Source of the DNA: Camelus ferus
Taxonomy: Eukaryota
Assembly: GCF_009834535.1 (NCBI RefSeq)
Contig: NC_045697.1
Span: 6,202,001-6,266,000, forward strand
Reading direction: 5' to 3'
DNA length: 64,000 nt
Shown here: one piece after another, positions 48,250 to 60,011 of the stretch
Layout of the letters: each line of letters begins with the position of its first letter
Position numbering within the stretch: the stretch's first letter is position 1
The notes under the pieces: generated by a model
Databases searched by the model: none
Told to the model about the DNA's origin: nothing
The model's input: the letters and a program-made list of their open reading frames with translations, nothing else
Translations under genes and position numbers: made by a program

Positions 48250-49980
48250 GTTGATTCATTTTTGAAGGCTAGTTTCACTGGGTAAAGAATTCTTGGTTGA
48301 AAAGTCTTTCAACATTTTGATGTGGTTCTAATGCCATCTTGTATATATATGATCTCTGAGAAATCAGCTGCTAATCTTACTGAGGCTCCCTTGTACGTGA
48401 TGAGTGGCTCTTTTGCCACTTCCCAGCTTCTGTCTCTAAACTGTTGGACTGTGTGTCTAGCTGTAGATCTGAGTTGATCCAGTTTTGGAGGTGATTGAAC
48501 TTCTTGGTTACGTCAAATGTTTGGTCAGCTTGGGATGCTTACACCCATTTCTTCAAATACCTGTCCGTCCTTTCCTCCTTAGACTGCCACTGTGCACGTG
48601 CTGGTGTGCTGAGGCTGGCACTGCCAGGTGTCTGAGGTTCTGCTCATGTCTTATTTCCCCAGGCTGCAGTCTCAGCCTGTCTCTGAGTTTTCTTATTCAT
48701 TCTTTCACCAGCTCTCAGCTGCTACTGAATCCCTCAAATGAATTTGTATGTTTCAACGCCAGAATTACTGTGTGGTTCATTAAACCTCTATTTATTGATA
48801 TTCTCTACTTGAGACATTGTTCTCATACTTTGCTTATTCTTTACACATGATTTTTTTTTACCTTTTTGAAGGTATTTAAAATAGCTCATTTAAATTTTTT
48901 TTTTACAGTAAGTACAAACCTGGGTTTTCTTGGAACAGTGTCTACTGATGGAATTTTTCCCTGTGTATGGGAATATTTGTATACCTCAAGTTTGTTAGAC
49001 TGGATATTTTAAATCATAGGCAGCTCTGGATATCAGATTTCTTAACTCCAGGGTTTGTTTTTGATTGTTTCCTGGCTTTTTGGACTAATATTAATTCTTT
49101 ATATTCAGCCATCGAACTCTGCTCAGTTATCTTAATCACTTCACGATTAGATAGCTATTTCCTTAAGTGTTTTGGACCAACAAGTTTTCTAGTTGTGGAA
49201 GAGGCACCCTGTGTGTTGGAGCACACCTTTATCTGGCAGTTGTAACTCTGCCTCAGCCTTGACTCTCCACTGTGAGCCTCAGTTCAGAAAGAAAAATTAG
49301 GGCTTTCTCATATCTTTTTAGGGGTTGTGCACAGCCATGCACCTATCCATATGTGGCCTTCTAAGGTCCCAGAAATATGCTGGGGTTTTCCAAAATGCCC
49401 TGTTAACGTCTCCTTCCAGTCTTTCCAAGTTTTTATTTAGCCTCTTGTCTCTTATTTGACCATCTGATAATGCTACCTCTGTGTTAAACATTTTTTTTTT
49501 TTTTTTTTTTTTTTGTTGAGAAGCACATTGGGAATAGTTCTGTTTCCCGTGATCCAGCTCTAAGGTCAACTAAAGACAAGCCCAGAACACGGCTTTTACT
49601 GGGAAGTGCTAGACAGGCCAAATTGTTCCGATTTCTGGGGCAAGGGATTTTTATGAAGACTCAAACCCAATTTTACCCTACAAAGGCTAATAGGCTGACT
49701 TTTTTTATGGCTACCATTGTTGTGAGGCTGTGAGTTCTCAAGTCAACTGTGGAACTGGGGAGATTAGAATAAAACAAGTTAGAACAATGAGCTTTTTGGC
49801 ATTCTAAGTATTAGCTACATTTTTTTTTCTTTCTGGAATACACGCTCTTTGGATTGTTGCAACACCGGGTTAATTTCCAGAGTCCTGCAAAAGCTAACAA
49901 TTTTGTCACTGTGCTCACTGCTTTTTATATGGGAAGATTTTTAGAGACCCTTACTCTGCCATTCTGGAAGTGCTTATTCC
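48250..49980 (-). mobile_element. Old L1 ORF1/5' region
   Basis: tttttgaaggctagtttcactgggtaaagaattcttggttga...tctctgagaaatcagctgctaatcttactgagg...ttaatttccagagtcctgcaaaag; contains a long T run at ~49491-49514. Confidence 0.75.
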
Positions 49981-52739
49981 ACTGTGCTGACATAGTTGGG
50001 GAAAATCCTTGCAAAACTACTCTGCTTCGACTCCTGATCACAGGTCTGGGTGTAAGGGGCATGTGGTGCACATTATGAGACTGTGCTGGATAGAGCCTAT
50101 GTTGTTTAGCTCTTGTCTACCTGACATTCCTATTCCTTTGTCTCAATGGGTTCTTTCCCATCCTGGAAATCTTGATGGTCAATGTGATGTTTCTTATCAC
50201 ATAGCTTCCCTGGAAGAGGTTGGCTCTCCACCTTACTCCAGACCATCATCACTGGAACTTGATTGAGGAATATTGACTGTTGCATTGGAGCGCTGTCTTC
50301 TCAGGGCTTCAAAACACTTGGGTGCCTGCTCTGAGGAGGCTGTGATGTCTCAAGGGGCAGCATTGTATAGTCACATGGAGGAAGCAAAGGACTGAATGCA
50401 GAAAGCTTGTAACTAGGTATCCTCTGCAATTTTTTTTAAATGGATGCTTTTGGCAGAAATAGAATTGTCCCAGATAGTCTGGGCACAGTGTCCAAAATGG
50501 TCAACACCAGCACCTTCTTTGAGAAGGTGGAGGACCAGTCCAAGATACTCAGAGCAAACAGCTCTGAAACCACATTGTTTACTGTGCTACTATACTGCTT
50601 GGCTCAACTAACTTCAGTGAGGCAGAATTATGAGCCAGAAAGGCTTCTATTGAGAATGTAGCCAGTGGACATAGTACATCCTCTTGGCCCTCGGTGATAC
50701 GATCACTGTGTTTCTGAGGTGCTCTGTGCCCTGACTAACCCACAGAGGGAGTCAGATCGATTCATCCTGGATGGCTTTTGTCACAAAGGGTCTGAGGGTT
50801 GCTCTTTACTACCGTGAGATGAGATTTATGACGTTGAAATCAGCCCCTTGTTTTGATTCTGAGTTTCGTTCTTCTCAGAAATCAGAGCTACAAATCGTCA
50901 TACTCACTGCTGGGCTGTCTCAGTGATGATTTGTTTGCAGTTCCTATCAATGGAACTCCTGTCAAGGCTGGTTAAAATGGGGAATGTGCTTTATACCTGA
51001 GGCTGAGCAACCTTCTGAGATTTTGGTGAAAACCCAAGGGTTGAAAAACAGATTGAAAGAGCTTGCAGTGAGATGCAGGCAACAGGCATGTTACTGTTCT
51101 CCATGCTGTGCCAAAACCAAGCAGACACAGAGAATGGCATGGAACATGCCTAGCCTCTGCCACTCATTCCTTCCAGAAGAATGTCAAGCATCCTAGGTTG
51201 TCCTTTCAGAGAAAGGGGTATGGGCTCAGTACCAATGGAGTGAGGCTATCATGATCCCATGGATGCATTCCTAATGCCCATCCTCTTGTGGTGGTGGCTT
51301 TTCTTCTAGGGAGAGTTTTCAGATTAAGTATTGCCTCCATTTCTACTTCCAGTTGTACCTGCCAGAAACAATGTCTCAGAACTCTGATAATGGGATATTT
51401 TCCATTCATTAGATTCTCAGGGTTGTTTTACTTGTCTCATTCATTTTAAATCTGCTATAAGATGAATGTACATTGTTTAAAGATATATAATTAGACCTGC
51501 CTTGGAGACCATGTAATTTTTGTAAGTCGTTATGTGTTGGAAGAAATCGACAACTCAGCTTTTCATTGGCTGCTCATGTATTAAGTTTCTACACCTGCAT
51601 GATTATTTTAATGTCAAGCTATTGTATTTCTAGTGTTACACACTTTCTTAGTGCCTAGGGAGAAATATAAGCTGAAAGCTTTATTTTGTTTCCATTTAGT
51701 ATTTGAACAATAGACTTCTGAGTTCTAGAACAGTCCATTCTTCATTTGATTTTGAGCATTTTATGCTCTTTATTTTGGTGAGAAGAGTAATTGTTTCTGC
51801 TGACATTCCTGCCTCTATTGGCTCCCATTCCCTATAGCACACCTGGCTCTACTGAAAAAACCCATGGTTGAAACAGGGAGTCAAGAGCAACATGTTAAGC
51901 TCCTTCTCTTGTTTGCAGTCCTTGCAGAACATAATCTGGGGATGTGGTTGGATTAATACTGTCCAGATCCCTAAGAATAATGCTTCCAAAGATCCTTTCC
52001 TTGGACTTTGGCCCACAGATGTGTGTATATGTGGGTGAGGGAGGGGCTGGTTGTGTCCCTCATCATCCGAGCCCCTGCTGGACAAGCCTAGATCCTCCTT
52101 TTATCCTCATCTGCCCGACAATTCTGCTTAGTCTCAAAGTTCCTTCTCATCACAGAATACTTGATAATCCAGGTGAAGTTTTTCACCTTCTCTGGAAGAG
52201 TGTTTTGTACATATTTACCAATGAATGAATTGGTAAATGAATACCAATGAATGAATTTAATTCATTCAGGCAAGATCCAATGAACGTTGATCACATGCGC
52301 AAAATCTATTGTGGGCTTGGGTCATCAGTGTCAACTCCCATACCTTTTGCTGTCAGACTTGGGGTGTGTGTCTTTTTTTCCCACTCGTGTGGGGAAGGGC
52401 TGAAGACAGAAATCCCTTGAGTCCAAATTCTCTACTGATGGGTCAGGTTGGTCTTCAGCCTCTCAGCTGATCTTAGGTGGATCGACAACCCAGGTTGCCT
52501 GGAGGACTTGACACAGGTGTGTCCTCTTAATGGAACTTTAGCTCTGACATTCCTTGGTTTGGTAATATGGTGGAGGGAATATTGCATGAAGGTCAAGATA
52601 GGAATTCGCTGTGTAATCCTGTTGTAATGTTAGAATGAATAAACTGTCCATGTCATCTGTCAAGTCTTTAGTGGCAGAAGTTTTAAAAGTATTTCTCAAA
52701 GTGGTTATAATCAGACATTTTTATCAGGCTGTCGATGCA

Positions 52740-54254
52740 TTGTTGAATAACACACCAGTCAACACAATTAGAAAATAGAATGGGAATTGGTGGAGATCAT
52801 TAACCAACTTTTGAATGTATGCTTGTCCCCTTGTGCCTACTCTAGAAAAATCACCAGTAGGATCTTTCCAACCAGTAGCTTCCATCTGTACTCTAGTATG
52901 TCCGCTTGTGCTTCAGGTTCTGTCTAATGATATCAACCTGGGTACTCAGATTTATATGTTTCAGTGAAGAGATCAAATTGCCTGGCAAACTCAATGGAAT
53001 CCTCTTTTAATATTAAGAAAGACCTTAGCTGTGCATGTAATTCTACCCTAGTCCAGGAGTATAGGCTCCGTCCTCACTGGACCTGGTTTAAAAGGGGCTG
53101 TCATTAAAGGAGGGCAGTATGGCTAGCCTTCTGCAGGGGGTCAGTCTCAGTGTTATAAAAGGATGTTCGAAGAGAGAGACAGCAAGGAGGAGAGACTTGT
53201 GGTGGTCACTGAGAGGAACAGGAAGGAACAGAGGGAGCCAGGGGGACAGAAAGCTCTTAGAAGCCTTAGGATTTATCCAATTTGGAAAATCTCTGAGATC
53301 ATTGCAAGTTGGGTTTCCTGAGGGAAGCAATAGTGGAGTCATATGTTTGGAGGCCTCAAAATACCAGTTGGAAATGATTCCCATTCTTCTTTGTCTTGCT
53401 CTATGGCTTTTCTCCAATTGAGCATGAAAGTAAACTCACTTGGGAATTTCAGTGAGCCGCAAGTGGGCCAACAGAGTTTCATTTATCACCGGTGATTTTA
53501 GTCCAATTCAACAAACTGAGAAGAGGGCTTGTAAATCTTAAATATCATGTGAGCCAGAGCTCTCAGTAATAGCTGCACGTCAGCAGCACCCTTAGAAGCC
53601 AGGCCCCCATGACAGTCCTCAGCAAGATGGCACCCCTTTCCAGTAAAGAGAAGACACCCAAATAATGACGGAGAACCAGGGCCAAACTGGCTGGGAGGTT
53701 TGAAATAAGAGGACTTACTCCTATGATCCAAAGCCATCAAGGAAACACTATTTAAGGGACACCTTACATGTGTCTGTGGCAGTGCTGGAGGCAGAGGTGA
53801 GTTACTTTAGCTTCTGCCTCTGACACCATATCATGTCCAGGAATAATCAATCTCAAGGCTACCAAAAGTTTTATTTGGGGTCCAGGAATTGCAATTTGAC
53901 AGACAGATTCCAGTAAAACTCCAGGGAAAAGGAAGTATAAGACTCTGGTCTTATAAAGGCAGAAGCCAAAATGTTGTTAGAGTTGTCTTGCAAAAAATTT
54001 TGACTCTCACACACAAAGGAAGTATTTATCCTTAAAGGATAAGCTGTCATGAATTGTTTAGAGGAAGGGTCTGATAAATACCTTGAGTTTCTGGAACACG
54101 TGTAAATATTTTGGATGCCTGCATTAAGATAAGTGGTCAGAAGTTCAGGTTCCACTGGGTCTGAGGTGTGCATGAGTCCCATTCCTCTGTGGCCCCCCAT
54201 GTCAGATTTCAGGTGCTCTTAGCAATATCCACTCATTTTGATTTTCCTTTCACA
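52740..54254 (-). mobile_element. Second class I ERV fragment: 5' LTR (53834-54254), PBS, leader and gag N-terminus
   Basis: PBS-like TGGTGTCAGAGGCAGAAG at 53828-53811. Gag peptide NWYFEASK is shared with the first provirus. DNA is collinear with ~45380-46418. Confidence 0.85.
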
Positions 54255-54423
54255 CTGAGTATTGCATCTTTGCTACTTAGGTCAGATGTCAAACCCTGAG
54301 GGTAAATACATCCCTATAGTAACTGTGCTTCCTGTTACTGCAGTGGAATTCTTGTAGTTGGGAGACTGGCATCATCTCTGTTGCTTGCTCTATGTGGGCA
54401 GTGAGGAAAATGTACATCAATGT

Positions 54424-54970
54424 TGTAGGGGAACAAAATTTGCCACCGAAAATAGTCTTTCTGGCATGTATTTTAGGCTTGTTGTTGTTTAAAATAGACT
54501 CATTAATTATTTTACCTCCCCATTAGCTGCCTAAAGAATTTAGATAAAGGGCCTGTTCCTGGAAGGTCTACACCAGAGTTATTTAAAAAGACTGTGGGCT
54601 AGATGTGTTAGGGGGAACCCGCAGGGCCCAGAGATCAGAGTCCACTCTGTTGTCTCTGCATGACCCAGCAAACTTGTGTTTACCAAACATTTGCTTTTCC
54701 ATCTCCATGTGAATTGCCTTCTTCCTCCTTTAATTGCCAAACCACCACCCCCAACACCCTTTTTTGGTTTTAGCCAAAGCTGACATTTAAAGTGAGGGCT
54801 CCAGCCATTTTGGTGAGCTACTGAGTTTTCTTGGGTCTCTCCAGTGTATACAGGAAGGATATGTGTTAAACTTCCATCTTTCCTTTCTGTTAATCTATCT
54901 TGGGTCAATTTAATTCTCTGACCCACCAGAGCACCCTACGAAAATAAAGGAAGGGTTTTTCCCTACCACA
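54424..54970 (+). mobile_element. ERV1 LTR (MER34-like), sense orientation
   Basis: tgtaggggaacaaaatttgccacc...ctgttaatctatcttgggtcaatttaattctc...ttccctaccaca. Confidence 0.75.
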
Positions 54971-55093
54971 CAGTGAGCTGGATTCTGAATTGGAGCCTGA
55001 ATTTATAGCTTCTCCTGAAATACCAGACCTCTTTGTGTATTTTCTTAGCCATTCTCCTCTCAGCCACAACCATGTAGCCTCTGTCACTGTGGG

Positions 55094-55635
55094 TGTTACA
55101 AAACCTAAGTTTAGTCCACTCAACTGATGCACAACCAAGCCAGTTTACTTGTGCTGAGCTGTGGTGATGCAAAGTACAGCATTTATTGCAGGGCATCAAG
55201 CAAGGAGAATGGGCAGCTCATGTTCAAAAGACCTGAACTCCCCAGTGCTTTCAGGCAAGATCTTTGTTTTGGGAATCTTAGTCCCCAGACAGGTTGAAGC
55301 CAGTGGGTGATGTGCTTCTGATCAGCATGGGGTCACTTTCTTCCCCCTCGTGGGGGGTCTTAGTTTCTGTAGAACAACTCAGATGTGCAGCAGGTTGTTA
55401 CATGTATCCCTTGAGGAAAAACTAGGAGTCCTGTGATTTGTCATGAAACTATTGTTTCAGGTGTCATATTTCTTACTTGACTTCTTTCCCTTTGTTGCTA
55501 CATTTTCACTTCTCTGATTAGTAAGTGCTTGAGTCTGCTCTTCAGAAGTCTGGGAAGGAGCTTTTTTTTCTACAAACGGGGACACAGAGGGGCTTTTCTA
55601 TCCGGGAAGGCCCCACAATGTTCTGCTCATTTTCA
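55094..55635 (-). mobile_element. ERV1-class solo LTR with 4-bp TSD
   Basis: TGGG (55090-55093) | TGTTAC...TTTTCA | TGGG (55636-55639); 'atttattgcagggcatcaagcaaggagaat' U5 pattern. Confidence 0.85.
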
Positions 55636-56727
55636 TGGGATTTAATGACGTGGCATGTTGTCCAGCCCTGGTTGATAACTGTTTCAAGTTGTCTCTTAGT
55701 TCTTGGCACCAGAGACCCTGTAGAACCTTTTCCTGAAAGATTCACTGATGAAGGTGCTTAGGAAGTGAAGCTCATAATCCATCCCCTTCTTCCCCAAAGA
55801 ACCTGGTGTCAGAACAGAACCTTCTCCAACTGGGACATTCTTCCTTTGTTGTCTGATCTGGGAAAAGGTGCAGCCAAGAGACTCGAGAGTGTTGTGCCTG
55901 AAGGCGGGAGCTACACCCAGATGTTGTATTTCTACACAAAAAGGAATGAAGAGAAGGTGGCTCTGCCTTCTTCAGGTAGATTTTTCACAGTCATTAAGCT
56001 CCAAACTTGGTCATTGCCCACCCCCACCTCCCCCAGCACCTATACACCATCTTTGTCTCTCTTGTGTCCCTCCAAGTTTTCCTGAAGCAATCTCAGCCTC
56101 GCTCACTCTCTGGATCCTCTAACTTCACACATGCCTGCTCATTCTTTAAGGACTAGAAGTTTTGTGAACTGAACCCTTAGAGTCTGGCTGCCTTTGCTAA
56201 AGCCCTAGCCTGTAGGAAGGAGATGATAGCTCCTCCACCCCGAGGAAAGCCCACGCCCAACTTGTCCACCTGACACAACTCTTCCAGGATATTACGTATC
56301 ATGCAGGCTGTGGGGCAGGGGTGCACACAGTGTGCACAAAAGCGTAAGAGCATTTTGTGGGGAGCAGAGCAGCTTGTCTTAAGTGGGGATAGGTACTGAC
56401 CAGATAAGAGGCTAAAGTATCCACTTGGCTTTTTCTTTTGTTGTCTTAAAACAATAATCTTAAAAATTTGGAGCTCTAATCATTTTTGACTGTTTAAGAA
56501 AAAAGTTAGTTCTCATGTCTTAAATAGTACCACATGTCTAGGTGCTTTTTACTTAGTCACGCACCATGTACTCGAGCTGGCCAGGCTCTAATGTGCATGA
56601 GCTAGTTTTTTTCCTACATAACTAGCAATGGTTATACTTAATTGACTCTAATATCTGTCTCAAGTCTTTAGAGTTTCTGTTGGAAAGAATTGAGGAGCAA
56701 CAAAGTTCAGAAAACATTATTCTTAGT

Positions 56728-57571
56728 TGTGGGTTCTGGCCGGCAGAAGTCCCACCGAGACGGAATGAATTACTCGAGACTCTGTGGAAAAAGTCAAGAA
56801 GGCGAGAGGGAGTCGGGAGCCAACTCCACGAGCCTCTCAAATGCTCCCACGTTTATTGTGTACAGTCAAAGGAGGAATCACTGACAGTTGTGTGATGGGA
56901 TGCAGGAATTTAGGGAAAGACAGGGTAGGATCGAGATTGTAGAGTCTGGCTCAAGGTCAGAAGACCCTTTATGTTTTGGTAAATCATGTTCGTGTTGGCA
57001 CCAGTGAGCCTTACAGCTTATCAGGGTGGAACGTATGAGAAGCAGCTGCTTAACATTTTTCTTGGACTCAGGCGGCTGTGCCTGACTTAGGTTGCCCCCC
57101 CTCTGGGAATCTTACTCGTCAGTGGCTAACCAGCCTTCTCGCCTCTGAGTGTGCAGCTTTTTATGACTTGTTTACCATTCCAGCCCAAGGCTCATTCCTT
57201 TGGTCCCACAGTTGGGGGCCTACAGTTTATCTTTAGGGAAGTCATGGGGAGAGGGGAACAACACACATCCTTACAGATATGGTAAAGCAGACCACCAGCC
57301 CAGCCAGTCCTTGCTTTGGGGATAGAAGACTATGTAACAGCAGGCACGCCCAGCGTTTATAGCCGAGGGCCTGGGTCCTTGCTTTGCCACGGGCAGAGTG
57401 CTATCTGAGACCTCAACTATGCAAGCAAGGCATTGTCTGCTTTTTGCCGCAAGGAGACCGGTGTGCGGATGCACAGGCGCCTGCTTGCAAGGCAGTTACT
57501 AAGCACGTTTGCTCTTCTTTAAGGAGACAAGCGGCTGTTGCAATTTGTTAACCCAATCTTGGGCTCCCACA
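56728..57571 (-). mobile_element. ERV2/ERVK-type solo LTR with perfect 6-bp TSD
   Basis: CTTAGT (56722-56727) | TGTGGG...CCCACA | CTTAGT (57572-57577). Inverted termini, minus-strand AATAAA at 56857-56852, many retained CpGs. Confidence 0.92.
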
Positions 57572-57912
57572 CTTAGTCACACATGTTCTCCAGCTTCCAA
57601 ATTCTAGTAACCAGAGGAAGCTGGGTCCTGGTCACTGCTATGGTTGGGGAAGGTGAGAAGGTCTTCCACGACCACATTCCCTGTTGGTAAAACAACATGT
57701 TCTTTTGTCCCATATGTGAGGGCACGTCTCTACAGAAAGGAAGATGAGGTTTGGCCAACTCAAAAGAGGCTGACTTCTGACATCTTTCTCTCTGAGTGGG
57801 TGAAGATAACTTCACTGGCTGTTCCCTTGGGCCTTTCTGGAAGTTCTCAAGGAGGAAGGACAGCATGTGATCCTAGCCCTGGCTCTGGCTCCTCCTCTGC
57901 CTCAACAATTAT

Positions 57913-57931
57913 TCCCCACAAGGGGGCGCTG
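57913..57931 (+). promoter_or_regulatory. Candidate CTCF site
   Basis: TCCCCACAAGGGGGCGCTG; core CCACAAGGGGGCGC is one mismatch from CCACCAGGGGGCGC, with the CpG retained. Confidence 0.6.
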
Positions 57932-59532
57932 GTGGGCACCACCTGTGAGGAACTCCATGCGATAGGTTTCTAAGCACTCTTTTTACAACTGGCATCAGTA
58001 GAGTGGGTAGATATGAGCCCAAAGTCATCCAAAGAAGTCAGCAAAATGAATTCAGTGTAAAATGACTCCCTCTGTTCATTTCCTTCCCCCAGTAGAATTC
58101 TGTGTCATCAACTGCTGGCGTTTGGCCATGTTCTCTGTAGGGCCATCTGGGTGACCTGCAGGTTTCAGAGGGAAGCTGCTCTGTTTGCATCTGGTCTTCA
58201 TGGGACACAGGGACTGAGGTTACCTCATAGGGGGCTCTGAATGTCTCCCATCAGTTGCAATGAACCCGGACCCCAGTTGACCAACATCCTGAAAGCCCCA
58301 TGTGTCCTCGTATATGCCAATCCCACAAGGACCAAGTGCTCTGGGAACCACCCGGGCACTGAGCTGCCTCTGCGGATGAGCAGACATGTGTAAGCCGCGA
58401 TACTTCAGGGCTAAAACACATCTCTGAAGCTCCTGGCAGGATTAGTGGTTACTAAACACAGCCTTCAGGATGCATAGCTAAGGTGAAGTCCCAGAGGAGA
58501 AGTTTATGTCCATGGAAGTCCAGGAAGAGCTATTCTGTCAAGTGGTTATGACTCAGAGCTGAGACCATTTAATAGCTAAAGAATCTCACTATCAGCTAAA
58601 CATTAATATGTCCTTGAAACAAGCTTTGTCATGTCAAACCCTACCATTTTTTATAGCATGCACTATGTCTTGAGGCACCAGTCTCTCCATTTTGGTGACT
58701 TAAGATTGGCCATTTTCAGTATTTGGCCACAAGGAATAAGATGTCCCTGAAAAAACTGTGTGTGTTCAGGTTGTTAATGTTTGTGGAGGTGGAAGGCCTC
58801 TTTTGACCATACATCAAGTTGTGCCATCCAAGTGGTGATCTGTTCTACCGGTAGAGGTATGAAAACCCTCTCCACCACAGTGATGGCCAGAAATCTTCCC
58901 CTGTTTTTTCACCAACTTCAGGGTGGATGGGAAAGATTTTCTCAATCCTAATGAGATTGTGCAGTGGCCACTTTTTTCTTAAGTGAGGGGGAGTGACTTC
59001 ATATTCATGAAATCTTGAATATAAGGCATAACGCAGCCTTCTGTAGTAAGCAAGACCCCAGCTCCTATTTTGTTGCTTCACCGTGGGTGGATTCTATTCC
59101 CAAGATCACTTAATGATCCAAGAAGACTATAGAGGCCCCAGCCAGGAAGGAAGAAGGAATAAAGGGCGTACTTCTCCCCGCTTTATGGATGTACAACTTA
59201 CACTTCACTTACATCAAGTGAAAGAACAAGGGATGGTCCCATTGGCCAAACATCTCTTCTCACTTGTCCCCTAAACACACTTTTTCTAGTCATTTGCTTC
59301 TAACCACCAGTTCTGATCTTGGGAATTCCCACTCCTGTGCTTAGGTGGGAATCAGGAGGTGCAAGAAGAACCCGCAGAAGGTGCCACCACACTGCATTGG
59401 AGGTGGCTCTTGCATGGAGAGCTGCTGCACGAAGCTAAGAGCAGGCAGCTGCTCTGAAACAGAGCCGTACATTTTACCTCCAAAGAACATTGAGACATGG
59501 GACTCTGGAAAGGGCCTGTGTGTATATGTGTA

Positions 59533-59760
59533 TTTTTTAATTTTATTTTTTTTATTGAAGTGTGGTTGATTTACAATGTTAGTTTCAGATGTACAGCAAA
59601 GTGATTCAGTTATACATATACATACATGCATAAGTATATTTTCAGATTCTGTTCCATTATAGCTCGTTACAAGAAATTGAACGTAGTTCTCTGTGCTACA
59701 CAGGAGCACCTTGTCGTTTTATCTGTTTTATATATAGTAGCGGGCATCTGTTAATCCCAG
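59533..59760 (-). mobile_element. Short 5'-truncated L1 3' end
   Basis: ttttattgaagtgtggttgatttacaatgttagtttcagatgtacagcaaagtgattcagttatacat... Confidence 0.88.
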
Positions 59761-59963
59761 ATTAGGAGGCTGGGATACATACGTATATTTAGGGCAAACT
59801 GTTTTCGTGAGGGAAGCAAGCTAATACCCTCCTCTCACATAAGTAACTGAATCCTGAGCACTTGCATGTTGTCCCTGGAAACAGTCACTGTTTACAGACT
59901 TTCCCTGCCCCCAGGTGGGAAATACTTTAGTCAGAAAGTGCAGCAAGAGCCTTCCTCTTCACC

Positions 59964-60011
59964 CAGCTGGTCCCTCAGCTGGTCTCCCAGCTGGTCACCC
60001 ACCAGCTGGTC
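59964..60011. repeat. Four tandem CAGCTGGTC units (E-box array)
   Basis: CAGCTG at 59964, 59976, 59988 and 60003. Confidence 0.85.
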
